From positions 1 through 24,508 of the IMG/VR virus record IMGVR_UViG_3300011335_000696: a DNA stretch of 24,508 nucleotides; one strand, given 5' to 3'. Both the position numbers and the translations under genes were made by a program. Positions within the stretch are counted from its first letter, which is position 1. Every line of letters starts with the position of its first letter. The stretch comes from a virus. Its lineage: Duplodnaviria > Caudoviricetes. Shown in pieces: positions 1-6,286 of the stretch. The notes beneath the pieces were generated by a model. The model saw nothing but the letters and a program-made list of their open reading frames with translations, was not told where the DNA came from and did not search any database.

Positions 1-223
1 TGTTCCCCTCTCGGATCATCACCCGCGCGTCCTCGACTTCACACTCCACCGTGTACCATTCATGCCCTTCGGGGCATGTGCGACGGCGCATGACAAAATC
101 AGAGGTGAACCAACTCACAACCTCTCCGGCCTTCTTGATCTCGCCGACCCACGTCCGGGGCGAGCTGTAGGGATGGCGCGTCTCGATCACGCGGGACGCC
201 TGCCCGCAGCGGGTGCAGGTCAT
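1..223 (-). CDS. NrdR-like N-terminal zinc-ribbon protein (partial, runs off window start; not in ORF track)
   Basis: Manual translation from ATG 223 (ATGA overlap with RusA stop): MTCTRCGQASRVIETRHPYSSPRTWVGEIKKAGEVVSWFTSDFVMRRRTCPEGHEWYTVECEVEDARVMIREGN; follows the MxCxxCG..SRVI(D/E)(S/T)R...RRR.C...TxE pattern of NrdR ribbons. Confidence 0.7.
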   Translation of the reverse strand, partial: MTCTRCGQASRVIETRHPYSSPRTWVGEIKKAGEVVSWFTSDFVMRRRTCPEGHEWYTVECEVEDARVMIREGN

Positions 224-675
224 ACCCTCACCTCCCGCAACGCCACGTCGACCCGCGGCTCCTCGCCGGGCGCCACGTAGAACGACCCGGCGTTGATCGA
301 CACGATGCAGCGATCATTCTCGATCACGCGCGCGATCTGCATCGCGTCGAGCACGATCTTCACGATGTTGTCCAGGTCATGCCGCGTCGTCGCCGACAGG
401 CTGTAGGTTGGCATCTTCCAGAGTTCGCGCGGGATGTAGGCCGGACGAGTCTTTGGGCGCGGATGGTAGGCCGTCACATCGACCTCCCATAGCTGGTAGA
501 TGTTGTCGAGCGGAGCGGTCGTGCCGTCGCGGTGATGCTGCTCCCGGAGCTGGTGCGCCGCCTCGTGCTCCCACGCCCTCGTCGTCTCCGGGGTGCGGGC
601 GCTGCCCGTCGCACGGGAGAACACTGGGCGACCCTTGCCCCTCGGCTCGAGCCGAATGGTGTAGTGCTGGTCCAT
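220..675 (-). CDS. rusA: RusA-family Holliday junction resolvase (151 aa)
   Basis: PRGKGRP N-terminal motif, HDLDNIVKIVLDAM catalytic motif, VIENDRCIV, C-terminal EPRVDV; start moved to ATG 675 (GGGAGG upstream, coupled to the upstream stop). Confidence 0.88.
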   Translation of the reverse strand: MDQHYTIRLEPRGKGRPVFSRATGSARTPETTRAWEHEAAHQLREQHHRDGTTAPLDNIYQLWEVDVTAYHPRPKTRPAYIPRELWKMPTYSLSATTRHDLDNIVKIVLDAMQIARVIENDRCIVSINAGSFYVAPGEEPRVDVALREVRV

Positions 676-860
676 CACAGACCTCCCAGCTGCGATCGGT
701 TGAATCGCATGATGCCAAATCGCATCCTCACGTTCTGCACCGCCATTCGCGACACCCCGAATATCTCGCCGATAAAACGATCTGTCTTGCGTTGGGACAC
801 CAAGCGCCGGATGAGGTCTAGGTCTCGGATGGTCCACTTGTGGTAGTTGCTCGTCCTCAT
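675..860 (-). CDS. Small basic helix-turn-helix protein (61 aa)
   Basis: KWT..DLDLIRRL...TDRFIGEIFGVSRMAVQNVR fits an HTH; overlaps neighbours at both ends. Confidence 0.65.
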   Translation of the reverse strand: MRTSNYHKWTIRDLDLIRRLVSQRKTDRFIGEIFGVSRMAVQNVRMRFGIMRFNRSQLGGL

Positions 861-1171
861 ACATGCACCGGGCGCACGTGCTTCTCGGCGTCGATGTCGT
901 CGAGCAGCTGGCTCAGGCGCTCGGGCGACAGGAGCAGTCCGTGGGCGTGGACGAGGCCGAGCTCGGCGCGCAGGTACATCACCACGTCCCGGCGCTCGAT
1001 GCGCCGCGCGTTGCCCAGCTGCACCGCGAGCACCGCGGCCTGCTCGGCGTACTTGTGCACGTTCTTCGTGGCGGCTTCATACGCCGCCTGCTCGATGCGA
1101 AGCGCGTACTCCAGCGAGTCCACGCGGGTGAGCAGGTCGTCGATCCCTGCCCGAAGTTCAAGCGCCGTCAT
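857..1171 (-). CDS. Hypothetical coiled-coil protein (104 aa)
   Basis: GGAGG upstream of ATG 1171; helical heptad-like composition; ATGA overlap with next gene. Confidence 0.7.
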   Translation of the reverse strand: MTALELRAGIDDLLTRVDSLEYALRIEQAAYEAATKNVHKYAEQAAVLAVQLGNARRIERRDVVMYLRAELGLVHAHGLLLSPERLSQLLDDIDAEKHVRPVHV

Positions 1172-1367
1172 TCTGCACCTCCATGTAGAGCGAGGCGATC
1201 TCGAACGCGTCGAGGCCGAGAGCCCGGTACAGCGCGCTAATGGCCTTCATGCTGGGGCGTCGCCGCCCATTCTCATACGCCTTGATGGCGCTCACGGTCA
1301 GGCCGCACGCCTTCGCGAGATCGGCTTGGGTCATGCCGGCTTCCCGGCGTCGTTCTGCGAGACTCAC
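1158..1367 (-). CDS. XRE/Cro-family HTH transcriptional regulator (69 aa)
   Basis: LAERRREAGMTQADLAKACGLTVSAIKAYENGRRRPS is a typical HTH_3 pattern; GTG start with AAGGAG upstream; first gene left of divergent promoters; no S24 peptidase domain. Confidence 0.92.
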   Translation of the reverse strand: MSLAERRREAGMTQADLAKACGLTVSAIKAYENGRRRPSMKAISALYRALGLDAFEIASLYMEVQNDGA

Positions 1368-1386
1368 TTTTCTCTCCTTGGTGGGG

Positions 1387-1415
1387 TTGACGTATCGTCA
1401 CCCCATTCATAGTAT
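1387..1415 (+). promoter_or_regulatory. Sigma70-type rightward promoter (ERF operon)
   Basis: TTGACG (1387-1392), 17 nt spacer, TAGTAT (1410-1415); 40 nt upstream of ERF ATG in a high-GC background. Confidence 0.8.
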
Positions 1416-1434
1416 GGGGGTGTCGGGTCGTCAA
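1406..1434 (-). promoter_or_regulatory. Possible leftward promoter (XRE operon)
   Basis: TTGACG (1434-1429), 17 nt, TATGAA (1411-1406); -10 imperfect; TACTAT at 1414-1409 has only a 14-nt spacer. Confidence 0.45.
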
Positions 1435-1454
1435 CCCCCCGACGAAGGACGACG

Positions 1455-2183
1455 ATGCACTTTCAGAGCGACAACATCGGCGAGCTGGCGAAGGCCCTCG
1501 CCGGAGCACAGGGCGAGATGAGCGCCGCGGCGAAGGACGCCACGAACCCGCACTTCAAGACGCGCTACGCGGACTTGTCGAGCATCATGGACGCGTGCCG
1601 TGGGCCGCTCACGAAGCACGGCCTTTCCGTGACCCAGCTGCCCGGCCGCGGCGATGACGGCGCCGTGACCCTCACGACCCTGCTCATGCACGCCAGCGGT
1701 CAGCACATCGGGTCGACGGTCGGCGCCCGCCCCGCCCAGGAGAACCCGCAGGTCGTGGGTTCGATCCTCACCTACCTGCGCCGGTACGCCCTCGCGTCGG
1801 TCGTGGGTGTGGTGAGCGATGACGACGACGGGGAGGCAGCGAGCCACACCGTCCGCAGCGCCCCTCAGAGGCCCGTGGAGGCGCCTCGGCAGTCGCACCC
1901 GACCGCTCCCCATGCCGCGCCTCAGAGCGCGCCTCAGAGGCCCGTGCAGCGCGACAACGGCCCCACGCTGTCCACCGACTGCCCCGAGTGCGGCGGCGCG
2001 ATGTGGGACAACCGCGAGAAGAAGACGAACCCGAAGGCGCCCGACTTCAAGTGCCGCGACAAGAACTGCACTGGCGTGATCTGGCGCTACAAGGCCCCCG
2101 CCGCTCAACCCATCCCCGGCGGCTACCTCGAGGCCGAGCTTCGCGGCGCCCCGCCCCCGTCTGACGACGACATCCCGTTCTAG
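1455..2183 (+). CDS. erf: ERF-family ssDNA annealing protein with C-terminal Zn-finger/PDF-like motif and SSB-type acidic tail (242 aa)
   Basis: KDATNPHFKTRYADLSSI, TLLMHASGQ, GSILTYLRRYALASVVGV and DDDGE ERF motifs; CPECG...C...C; ends DDDIPF. Confidence 0.92.
   Translation: MHFQSDNIGELAKALAGAQGEMSAAAKDATNPHFKTRYADLSSIMDACRGPLTKHGLSVTQLPGRGDDGAVTLTTLLMHASGQHIGSTVGARPAQENPQVVGSILTYLRRYALASVVGVVSDDDDGEAASHTVRSAPQRPVEAPRQSHPTAPHAAPQSAPQRPVQRDNGPTLSTDCPECGGAMWDNREKKTNPKAPDFKCRDKNCTGVIWRYKAPAAQPIPGGYLEAELRGAPPPSDDDIPF
1857..1946 (+). repeat. Direct repeat in ERF Pro/Ala/Gln linker (SAPQRPV twice)
   Basis: AGCGCCCCTCAGAGGCCCGTG (1857-1877) versus AGCGCGCCTCAGAGGCCCGTG (1926-1946), 20/21 identical. 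Confidence 0.8.
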
Positions 2184-2209
2184 CCCTACCCACACTCCAG
2201 GAGGTCACC

Positions 2210-2359
2210 ATGACTGCACTCGTTACTACTCTCTCCCCTCTCGTCGCCGCTGTGCTCTCCGCGATCCTCACGATTGCAGGCGAGTATGAAGCCGCGGCGT
2301 GGAGCCTGCTCCTCGCGCCGGCCGGCATCCTCATCGCTCCGCACCTCGAGGTGGAGTGA
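2210..2359 (+). CDS. Small hydrophobic membrane protein (49 aa; not in ORF track)
   Basis: AGGAGG upstream of ATG 2210; MTALVTTLSPLVAAVLSAILTIAGEYEAAAWSLLLAPAGILIAPHLEVE; TGATG overlap with exonuclease start. Confidence 0.75.
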   Translation: MTALVTTLSPLVAAVLSAILTIAGEYEAAAWSLLLAPAGILIAPHLEVE

Positions 2360-3039
2360 TGAGCGGGAACCTTTACATCGACATCGAGACGCTCCCGCCG
2401 CTCTTGTGGCCCCAGCACGAGCGCGAGGCTTATGTCCGCTCGAAGGTGCCCGGTACCTACAAGAAGCCGGAGAGCATCGACGCGTGGTGCGCCGAGAACC
2501 ACGACGAGCAGTGGGGACGTGCCGCCCTCGATTGGCGGGTGTCGCGCATCGCCTGCATCGGTGTGACGTGGGAGCCCGAGGACGACGACGCGCTGTATTC
2601 CACGTGCTGCATCGGTGGGCCGACCGACGAGGAGGAGCGCCGCATGTTCACACACTTCGAGCACTTCGTCGCCCACCACAAGGCGCACGGCGCCCACATC
2701 GTCGGCCACAACATCCTCGGGTTCGACCTGCCGCGTCTGCACCTCACCTCGGCGCGTCTGCGGCACGTCATGGCGGGATGGTTCCACGAGGTATCCACCG
2801 AGCACCGCAAGCGCGTGACGGACACGATGCACCTCGCCTTCCCGACGCGTGAGCGCGTGGGCTTGTCCGACCTTGCCTGCGCCCTGGGCGTCGGCGACAA
2901 GACCGGGCACGGCTCCGAGGTCCTGCCGCTCTGGCTCGCCAACCGGCACTCGGACATCACCGACTACTGTCTGAATGACGTAGCGATCACCCGCTCCGTC
3001 TACCTCGCGCTGAATGGAGCCACCGATGCCCGTGCTTGA
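2359..3039 (+). CDS. DEDDy 3'-5' exonuclease, PolB-proofreading-like stand-alone (226 aa)
   Basis: ExoI LYIDIET, ExoII IVGHNILGFDLPRL, ExoIII DYCLNDV; start moved to ATG 2359. Confidence 0.88.
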   Translation: MSGNLYIDIETLPPLLWPQHEREAYVRSKVPGTYKKPESIDAWCAENHDEQWGRAALDWRVSRIACIGVTWEPEDDDALYSTCCIGGPTDEEERRMFTHFEHFVAHHKAHGAHIVGHNILGFDLPRLHLTSARLRHVMAGWFHEVSTEHRKRVTDTMHLAFPTRERVGLSDLACALGVGDKTGHGSEVLPLWLANRHSDITDYCLNDVAITRSVYLALNGATDARA

Positions 3040-3343
3040 TTGGACCGTGATCACCGTCAGCAAGCCCGCCCATCACCTGGCGTGGACGCACAGCCTGCGC
3101 GACGGGGCGCACCTCCTCGTCAATCAGCACGTGGGCGGGTGGTACTCGTGGGAGCTCATGACCCGCACGCCCATGACCGACCAGCGTGGGCGAGCCGTCA
3201 CGCTCGAGGATGCCCAGCGGCAGGCCGAGCTCGCCGCGGCGTCGCAGGGGCTCGTCGACATCGACACCGAGTACGCGCGTCCCGATATGGACCGCGCCCA
3301 GGTCGCGAGCCTGCTTGACGTGGCGATGCGGGATCAGTCGTGA
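3026..3343 (+). CDS. Hypothetical protein (105 aa)
   Basis: GGAG upstream of ATG 3026; overlaps both neighbours; WYSW...GRAVTLEDAQRQAE. Confidence 0.65.
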   Translation: MPVLDWTVITVSKPAHHLAWTHSLRDGAHLLVNQHVGGWYSWELMTRTPMTDQRGRAVTLEDAQRQAELAAASQGLVDIDTEYARPDMDRAQVASLLDVAMRDQS

Positions 3344-3540
3344 AGCCACCCGGCCATACCTGCCCCGCCATCGACCGGGCGCAGTCCGCTCTCCGTCGCC
3401 TCGCGTGGCGCTGTGCGCACCCGGAGCACGTGGGCGTCACGCCGGCCGAGGTCCTCGCCGAGGGGATCGAGGCCCTCGAGCAGGTACGCGAGGAGAACCG
3501 GCAGATGCGCGCGGCGTACTACGCGAAGGGGACCGCATGA
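3340..3540 (+). CDS. Hypothetical protein (66 aa)
   Basis: GTGA overlap upstream, ATGA overlap downstream; PGHTCPAID...LEQVREENRQMR. Confidence 0.7.
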   Translation: MKPPGHTCPAIDRAQSALRRLAWRCAHPEHVGVTPAEVLAEGIEALEQVREENRQMRAAYYAKGTA

Positions 3541-3698
3541 AGGCGCACCTCACACCCGCTCAGATGCGCGTGATCTTCGACCTCGGGTGGACGCACGATA
3601 GCGACATGGGCCGCGTCGCGTGGCTCGTGCGCGAGGTGATCCGGCTACGCGCTGAGCTCGAGGCGCTTCGCGCGACGTGTCGATGCTCGGGTGGCTGA
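3537..3698 (+). CDS. Hypothetical protein (53 aa)
   Basis: ATGA-coupled start at 3537; MKAHLTPAQMR...WLVREVIRLRAELEAL typical of small phage early ORFs. Confidence 0.65.
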   Translation: MKAHLTPAQMRVIFDLGWTHDSDMGRVAWLVREVIRLRAELEALRATCRCSGG

Positions 3699-3838
3699 CA
3701 GTCGGGACGATCGTGCTCCTCGCGGGTGCGGTCGTCCAGCTGGTGACCCGCGTGGCGATCTGCCTCGCTCTGGCTATCGCATCTCGAGGATCGAAACGTC
3801 AGCGGCCCGTGCGTCGGGAGAGCATTCGCCGCGGGTAG
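3683..3838 (+). CDS. Possible small membrane protein (51 aa; not in ORF track)
   Basis: MLGWLTVGTIVLLAGAVVQLVTRVAICLALAIASRGSKRQRPVRRESIRRG; hydrophobic N-terminus, basic tail; weak RBS, overlaps a convergent gene. Confidence 0.4.
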   Translation: MLGWLTVGTIVLLAGAVVQLVTRVAICLALAIASRGSKRQRPVRRESIRRG

Positions 3839-4076
3839 TCTCGACCGTGAAGGCGTGTCCCCACTGCTCGTGAGCCTGACCGACAGCACGCCACCACACA
3901 CGGCGCACCTGCTCGGGCTCGTCGGGTGCCTCGTCGCACAGTCGGTGCGTGGTGACCTGCACGCGCACCACGACCGGGTCGACCTCAATGACGTGAGCGG
4001 TGATCGTCAGGCCGACCGGCCACTCGCACGCGTCGAGGCGCGGGTCGGTGATCGAGAGGACCTCACCGACCTCCAC
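3774..4076 (-). CDS. Hypothetical protein (about 100 aa), last gene of late region
   Basis: C-terminal part of ORF 3774..4259 downstream of the endolysin stop; GTG 4076 is a tentative start. Confidence 0.55.
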   Translation of the reverse strand: MEVGEVLSITDPRLDACEWPVGLTITAHVIEVDPVVVRVQVTTHRLCDEAPDEPEQVRRVWWRAVGQAHEQWGHAFTVETTRGECSPDARAADVSILEMR

Positions 4077-4090
4077 GGCGCACGAAACGT

Positions 4091-4546
4091 CTAGCCCTTC
4101 CACGGCGCGTAGGTCTTGCCGTCCCACGTGAGCGCCTGCCAGGACTTGCCCTCGGGACGCCATGGGACGCCGAGCGAGACGTGGATCCACGCCACCTTTC
4201 CGCCCGGCCCCTCGAGGATGGCCTGCCCGAACGGGATGCCGCTCTCCTTGACGATCCATCCGAACACGACCTCGAGGGCCACGCCGGGGACCACGATGTC
4301 CGCGGCCTGCCCGGTCAGGTGTTGTGATGTCTTGGAGCCGTTCACCGCTGCGTTCAGAGCTGGCCCCCTGAAGGCGCTATTCACCTTCACGGCGCCGAAC
4401 CTCGCCCGGATGGGCTCGAGGACCGTGGTCGCCAGCGCCGTCAGCGCGGGGATACACGCCTGCGCCTCCTGACGGTTGACCGTCTGAAGCGCCGTCTGCC
4501 CGGTACGGGTAAGCTCGTCGAAGGTGAAGTGTGGCGACAGGTTCAT
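4091..4546 (-). CDS. Endolysin, peptidase M15A family Zn peptidase (151 aa)
   Basis: MNLSPHFTFDEL start, VLEPIRARFG, NSAFR...N..V.GSKTSQHLTGQAAD (SxHxxGxAxD) and WIHVS; ATGA-coupled start 4546. Confidence 0.9.
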   Translation of the reverse strand: MNLSPHFTFDELTRTGQTALQTVNRQEAQACIPALTALATTVLEPIRARFGAVKVNSAFRGPALNAAVNGSKTSQHLTGQAADIVVPGVALEVVFGWIVKESGIPFGQAILEGPGGKVAWIHVSLGVPWRPEGKSWQALTWDGKTYAPWKG

Positions 4547-5070
4547 GCCTTCCTCGTGGGCTTGGGCTTCGCGGCCTTCTCGAGCTTCTCGACGCGCGCG
4601 ATCAGCGCGTCGCCGTCGAAGTCGTCGGGCAAGTCGATCGAGGTCATGCGCGAGGCTTTGGCCTCGACCGCCGCGAGACGCGCCTCGAGCGAGGTGTGCG
4701 CCGCCACGCACGGAGGAGGGCTGGCCGTGGGCGCCTGCATCTTCGCGTTGAGCTCAGCCATCGCCAGTTCGTGCGCGAGTTCGGCCTGCTTCGCGGCGAG
4801 GTCGGCCTTCTGCTTGCTGCTCTGGCTGTAGAACTTCCAGCCCGCCCCACCGCCGAGAACCGCGACGATCGCGAGGACCACGCCGATCATCCCGTCGTCG
4901 GCGCCCTGGGCGACGTGCACGATCTGCTCGGGCGTCGGTGCCGTGGCCTGCGCCTCGTGGGCGAGGACCAGCGCGTCGTCCGTCACGCTCGCGACCACCG
5001 CATCCTTCTCCGGCGTCTGAGCAGGCGGCGCCTCGTGGGCTACCGGCTCCTCGACGTGGATCGGATCCAT
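4543..5070 (-). CDS. Single-TM coiled-coil protein, candidate holin or spanin-like lysis protein (175 aa)
   Basis: MIGVVLAIVAVLGGGAGWKFY hydrophobic helix then coiled coil; directly upstream of and coupled to the endolysin. Confidence 0.55.
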   Translation of the reverse strand: MDPIHVEEPVAHEAPPAQTPEKDAVVASVTDDALVLAHEAQATAPTPEQIVHVAQGADDGMIGVVLAIVAVLGGGAGWKFYSQSSKQKADLAAKQAELAHELAMAELNAKMQAPTASPPPCVAAHTSLEARLAAVEAKASRMTSIDLPDDFDGDALIARVEKLEKAAKPKPTRKA

Positions 5071-5420
5071 CAGATGCCGTCCTCCTCGAGGAGGATCTCG
5101 CAGTTGACCGCCGTGTGAGACGGCGAGAAGACCGCGACCTGCGTCACATTCGCGAAGCCGCTGATCCGGTTGAGGCTGCACTTCATGTGCACCGGATCAC
5201 TGACCGAGAAGTAGGTGGACGGCGCCGCCCCGCCATCGGTGAGCGTCTGATCGTAAGAGAATGCGAGCCCCTTCGACGCCTTGTCGCGGTTGTGGAGCGT
5301 GATCTGAAGGCTCACGTTCTGCGGCAGCAGAATGATCCGGCACAGGCCAGAGGTGCCCGGCGTCGTGGTGCTAGACACGTAGGGATACTGCTTGATGCCG
5401 GAGAGGTCGAGTGCGGGCAT
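5070..5420 (-). CDS. Hypothetical beta-rich protein (116 aa)
   Basis: GGAGG upstream of ATG 5420; TGATG overlap downstream. Confidence 0.75.
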   Translation of the reverse strand: MPALDLSGIKQYPYVSSTTTPGTSGLCRIILLPQNVSLQITLHNRDKASKGLAFSYDQTLTDGGAAPSTYFSVSDPVHMKCSLNRISGFANVTQVAVFSPSHTAVNCEILLEEDGI

Positions 5421-5431
5421 GGGATCCTCCG

Positions 5432-5617
5432 TTAGTCGAGAGCGTCGACAGTGAGCAGATAGATCAGCTTGCCCGCGATGCCGAGCAACTTACGGCGCTC
5501 CGCGCGCGTGATCTTCGTCCCGCCGTCGCCGTCCACGGCGCGGGCATCCTTGATCGCGTCGAGGAGCACGAGCACCTCGGCCGGGAGCTTGATGATCTCG
5601 TCAGGGGACAGGGGCAT
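5432..5617 (-). CDS. Hypothetical helical protein (61 aa)
   Basis: GGGAG upstream of ATG 5617; MPLSPDEIIKLPAEVLVLLDAIKDARAVDGDGGTKITRAERRKLL. Confidence 0.65.
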   Translation of the reverse strand: MPLSPDEIIKLPAEVLVLLDAIKDARAVDGDGGTKITRAERRKLLGIAGKLIYLLTVDALD

Positions 5618-5885
5618 TGATGACTCCCGTGTGCTGATGAGCCATCGACGCGACGGTCGCGAGCTGGCGCTCGATTGCGTCGAGGCGCCCCTCGATGCGG
5701 CGCTGCGAGGAGATGATCTGCTCGAGCTGCGAGGCGTCCACCTGGGGAGCGGCGCTCGCCTCGGCCGACTGCATCCCGAGGACACCGCCACCGCCAGCCA
5801 TTGCCGCGCCAACGATCAGGAGCGCCCATACCGGCACAGCCACGAGGCGCTGCGACCACGCTGCTTGAGCCTGACTGTCTGCCAT
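5601..5885 (-). CDS. Membrane-anchored coiled-coil protein (94 aa)
   Basis: LVAVPVWALLIVGAAMAGGGGVLG hydrophobic segment then IEGRLDAIERQL heptads. Confidence 0.7.
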   Translation of the reverse strand: MADSQAQAAWSQRLVAVPVWALLIVGAAMAGGGGVLGMQSAEASAAPQVDASQLEQIISSQRRIEGRLDAIERQLATVASMAHQHTGVINAPVP

Positions 5886-5920
5886 ATCGGTGCCCCCACT
5901 GATGGGCCGATACTAGCGCA

Positions 5921-6286
5921 TCACGCGCGGAAACGCACGATCAGACGGCCCTCATCGTCAAGGCCCTCGCTCCAATCCTCGGCCCACGGGGCGCACGTCA
6001 CGCCGGCCGGAAGACGCGCGGCGTCCACGACGTAGCCAGCCTGTAGATCGATGCTCACCACTGTCGGGTTCGCGGCGATGAGCGACACGATGGCGTCGGT
6101 GCAGTCCATATCAGCGACCTCGAGATCCTCTGTCCACACGTGCGGGAGCGTCCACGCTTCGTCCGCGGCGACCTGTTGCAGCGACGGGGGAACGCCCAGG
6201 TACCACCCGACGCACCCGTGGTGCGCCGCAGCGGCCGGCGCGGTGGATGCGTCGTCGGTCACGAGCCACTTCTGCGAGATCTTCAT
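5921..6286 (-). CDS. Hypothetical protein after tail fibre (121 aa)
   Basis: ATGA overlap with fibre stop; position typical of fibre chaperones, but no motif recognised. Confidence 0.65.
   Translation of the reverse strand: MKISQKWLVTDDASTAPAAAAHHGCVGWYLGVPPSLQQVAADEAWTLPHVWTEDLEVADMDCTDAIVSLIAANPTVVSIDLQAGYVVDAARLPAGVTCAPWAEDWSEGLDDEGRLIVRFRA

Larger units (their letters stand above)
1383..1438. repeat. 56-bp imperfect inverted repeat holding two operator-like palindromes
   Basis: GGGGTTGACGTATCGTCACCCCAT on plus versus GGGGTTGACGACCCGACACCCCCAT on minus; outer 10 bp perfect (1383-1392 / 1429-1438). Confidence 0.85.

Noticed and set aside
676-864. Long N-terminal extensions given by the ORF track (RusA from 864, endolysin from 4711, terminator from 16808, scaffold from 19994)
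   Set aside because: They overlap upstream genes; internal starts have RBS or stop-start coupling
1158-1367. cI-type lysogeny repressor implying a temperate phage
   Set aside because: Only 69 aa with no peptidase domain; no integrase or partition genes in window; lifestyle cannot be called
5490-5540. EF-hand in the 61-aa protein (DGDGGTKITRAE)
   Set aside because: Ligand pattern departs from the canonical loop and there is only one copy
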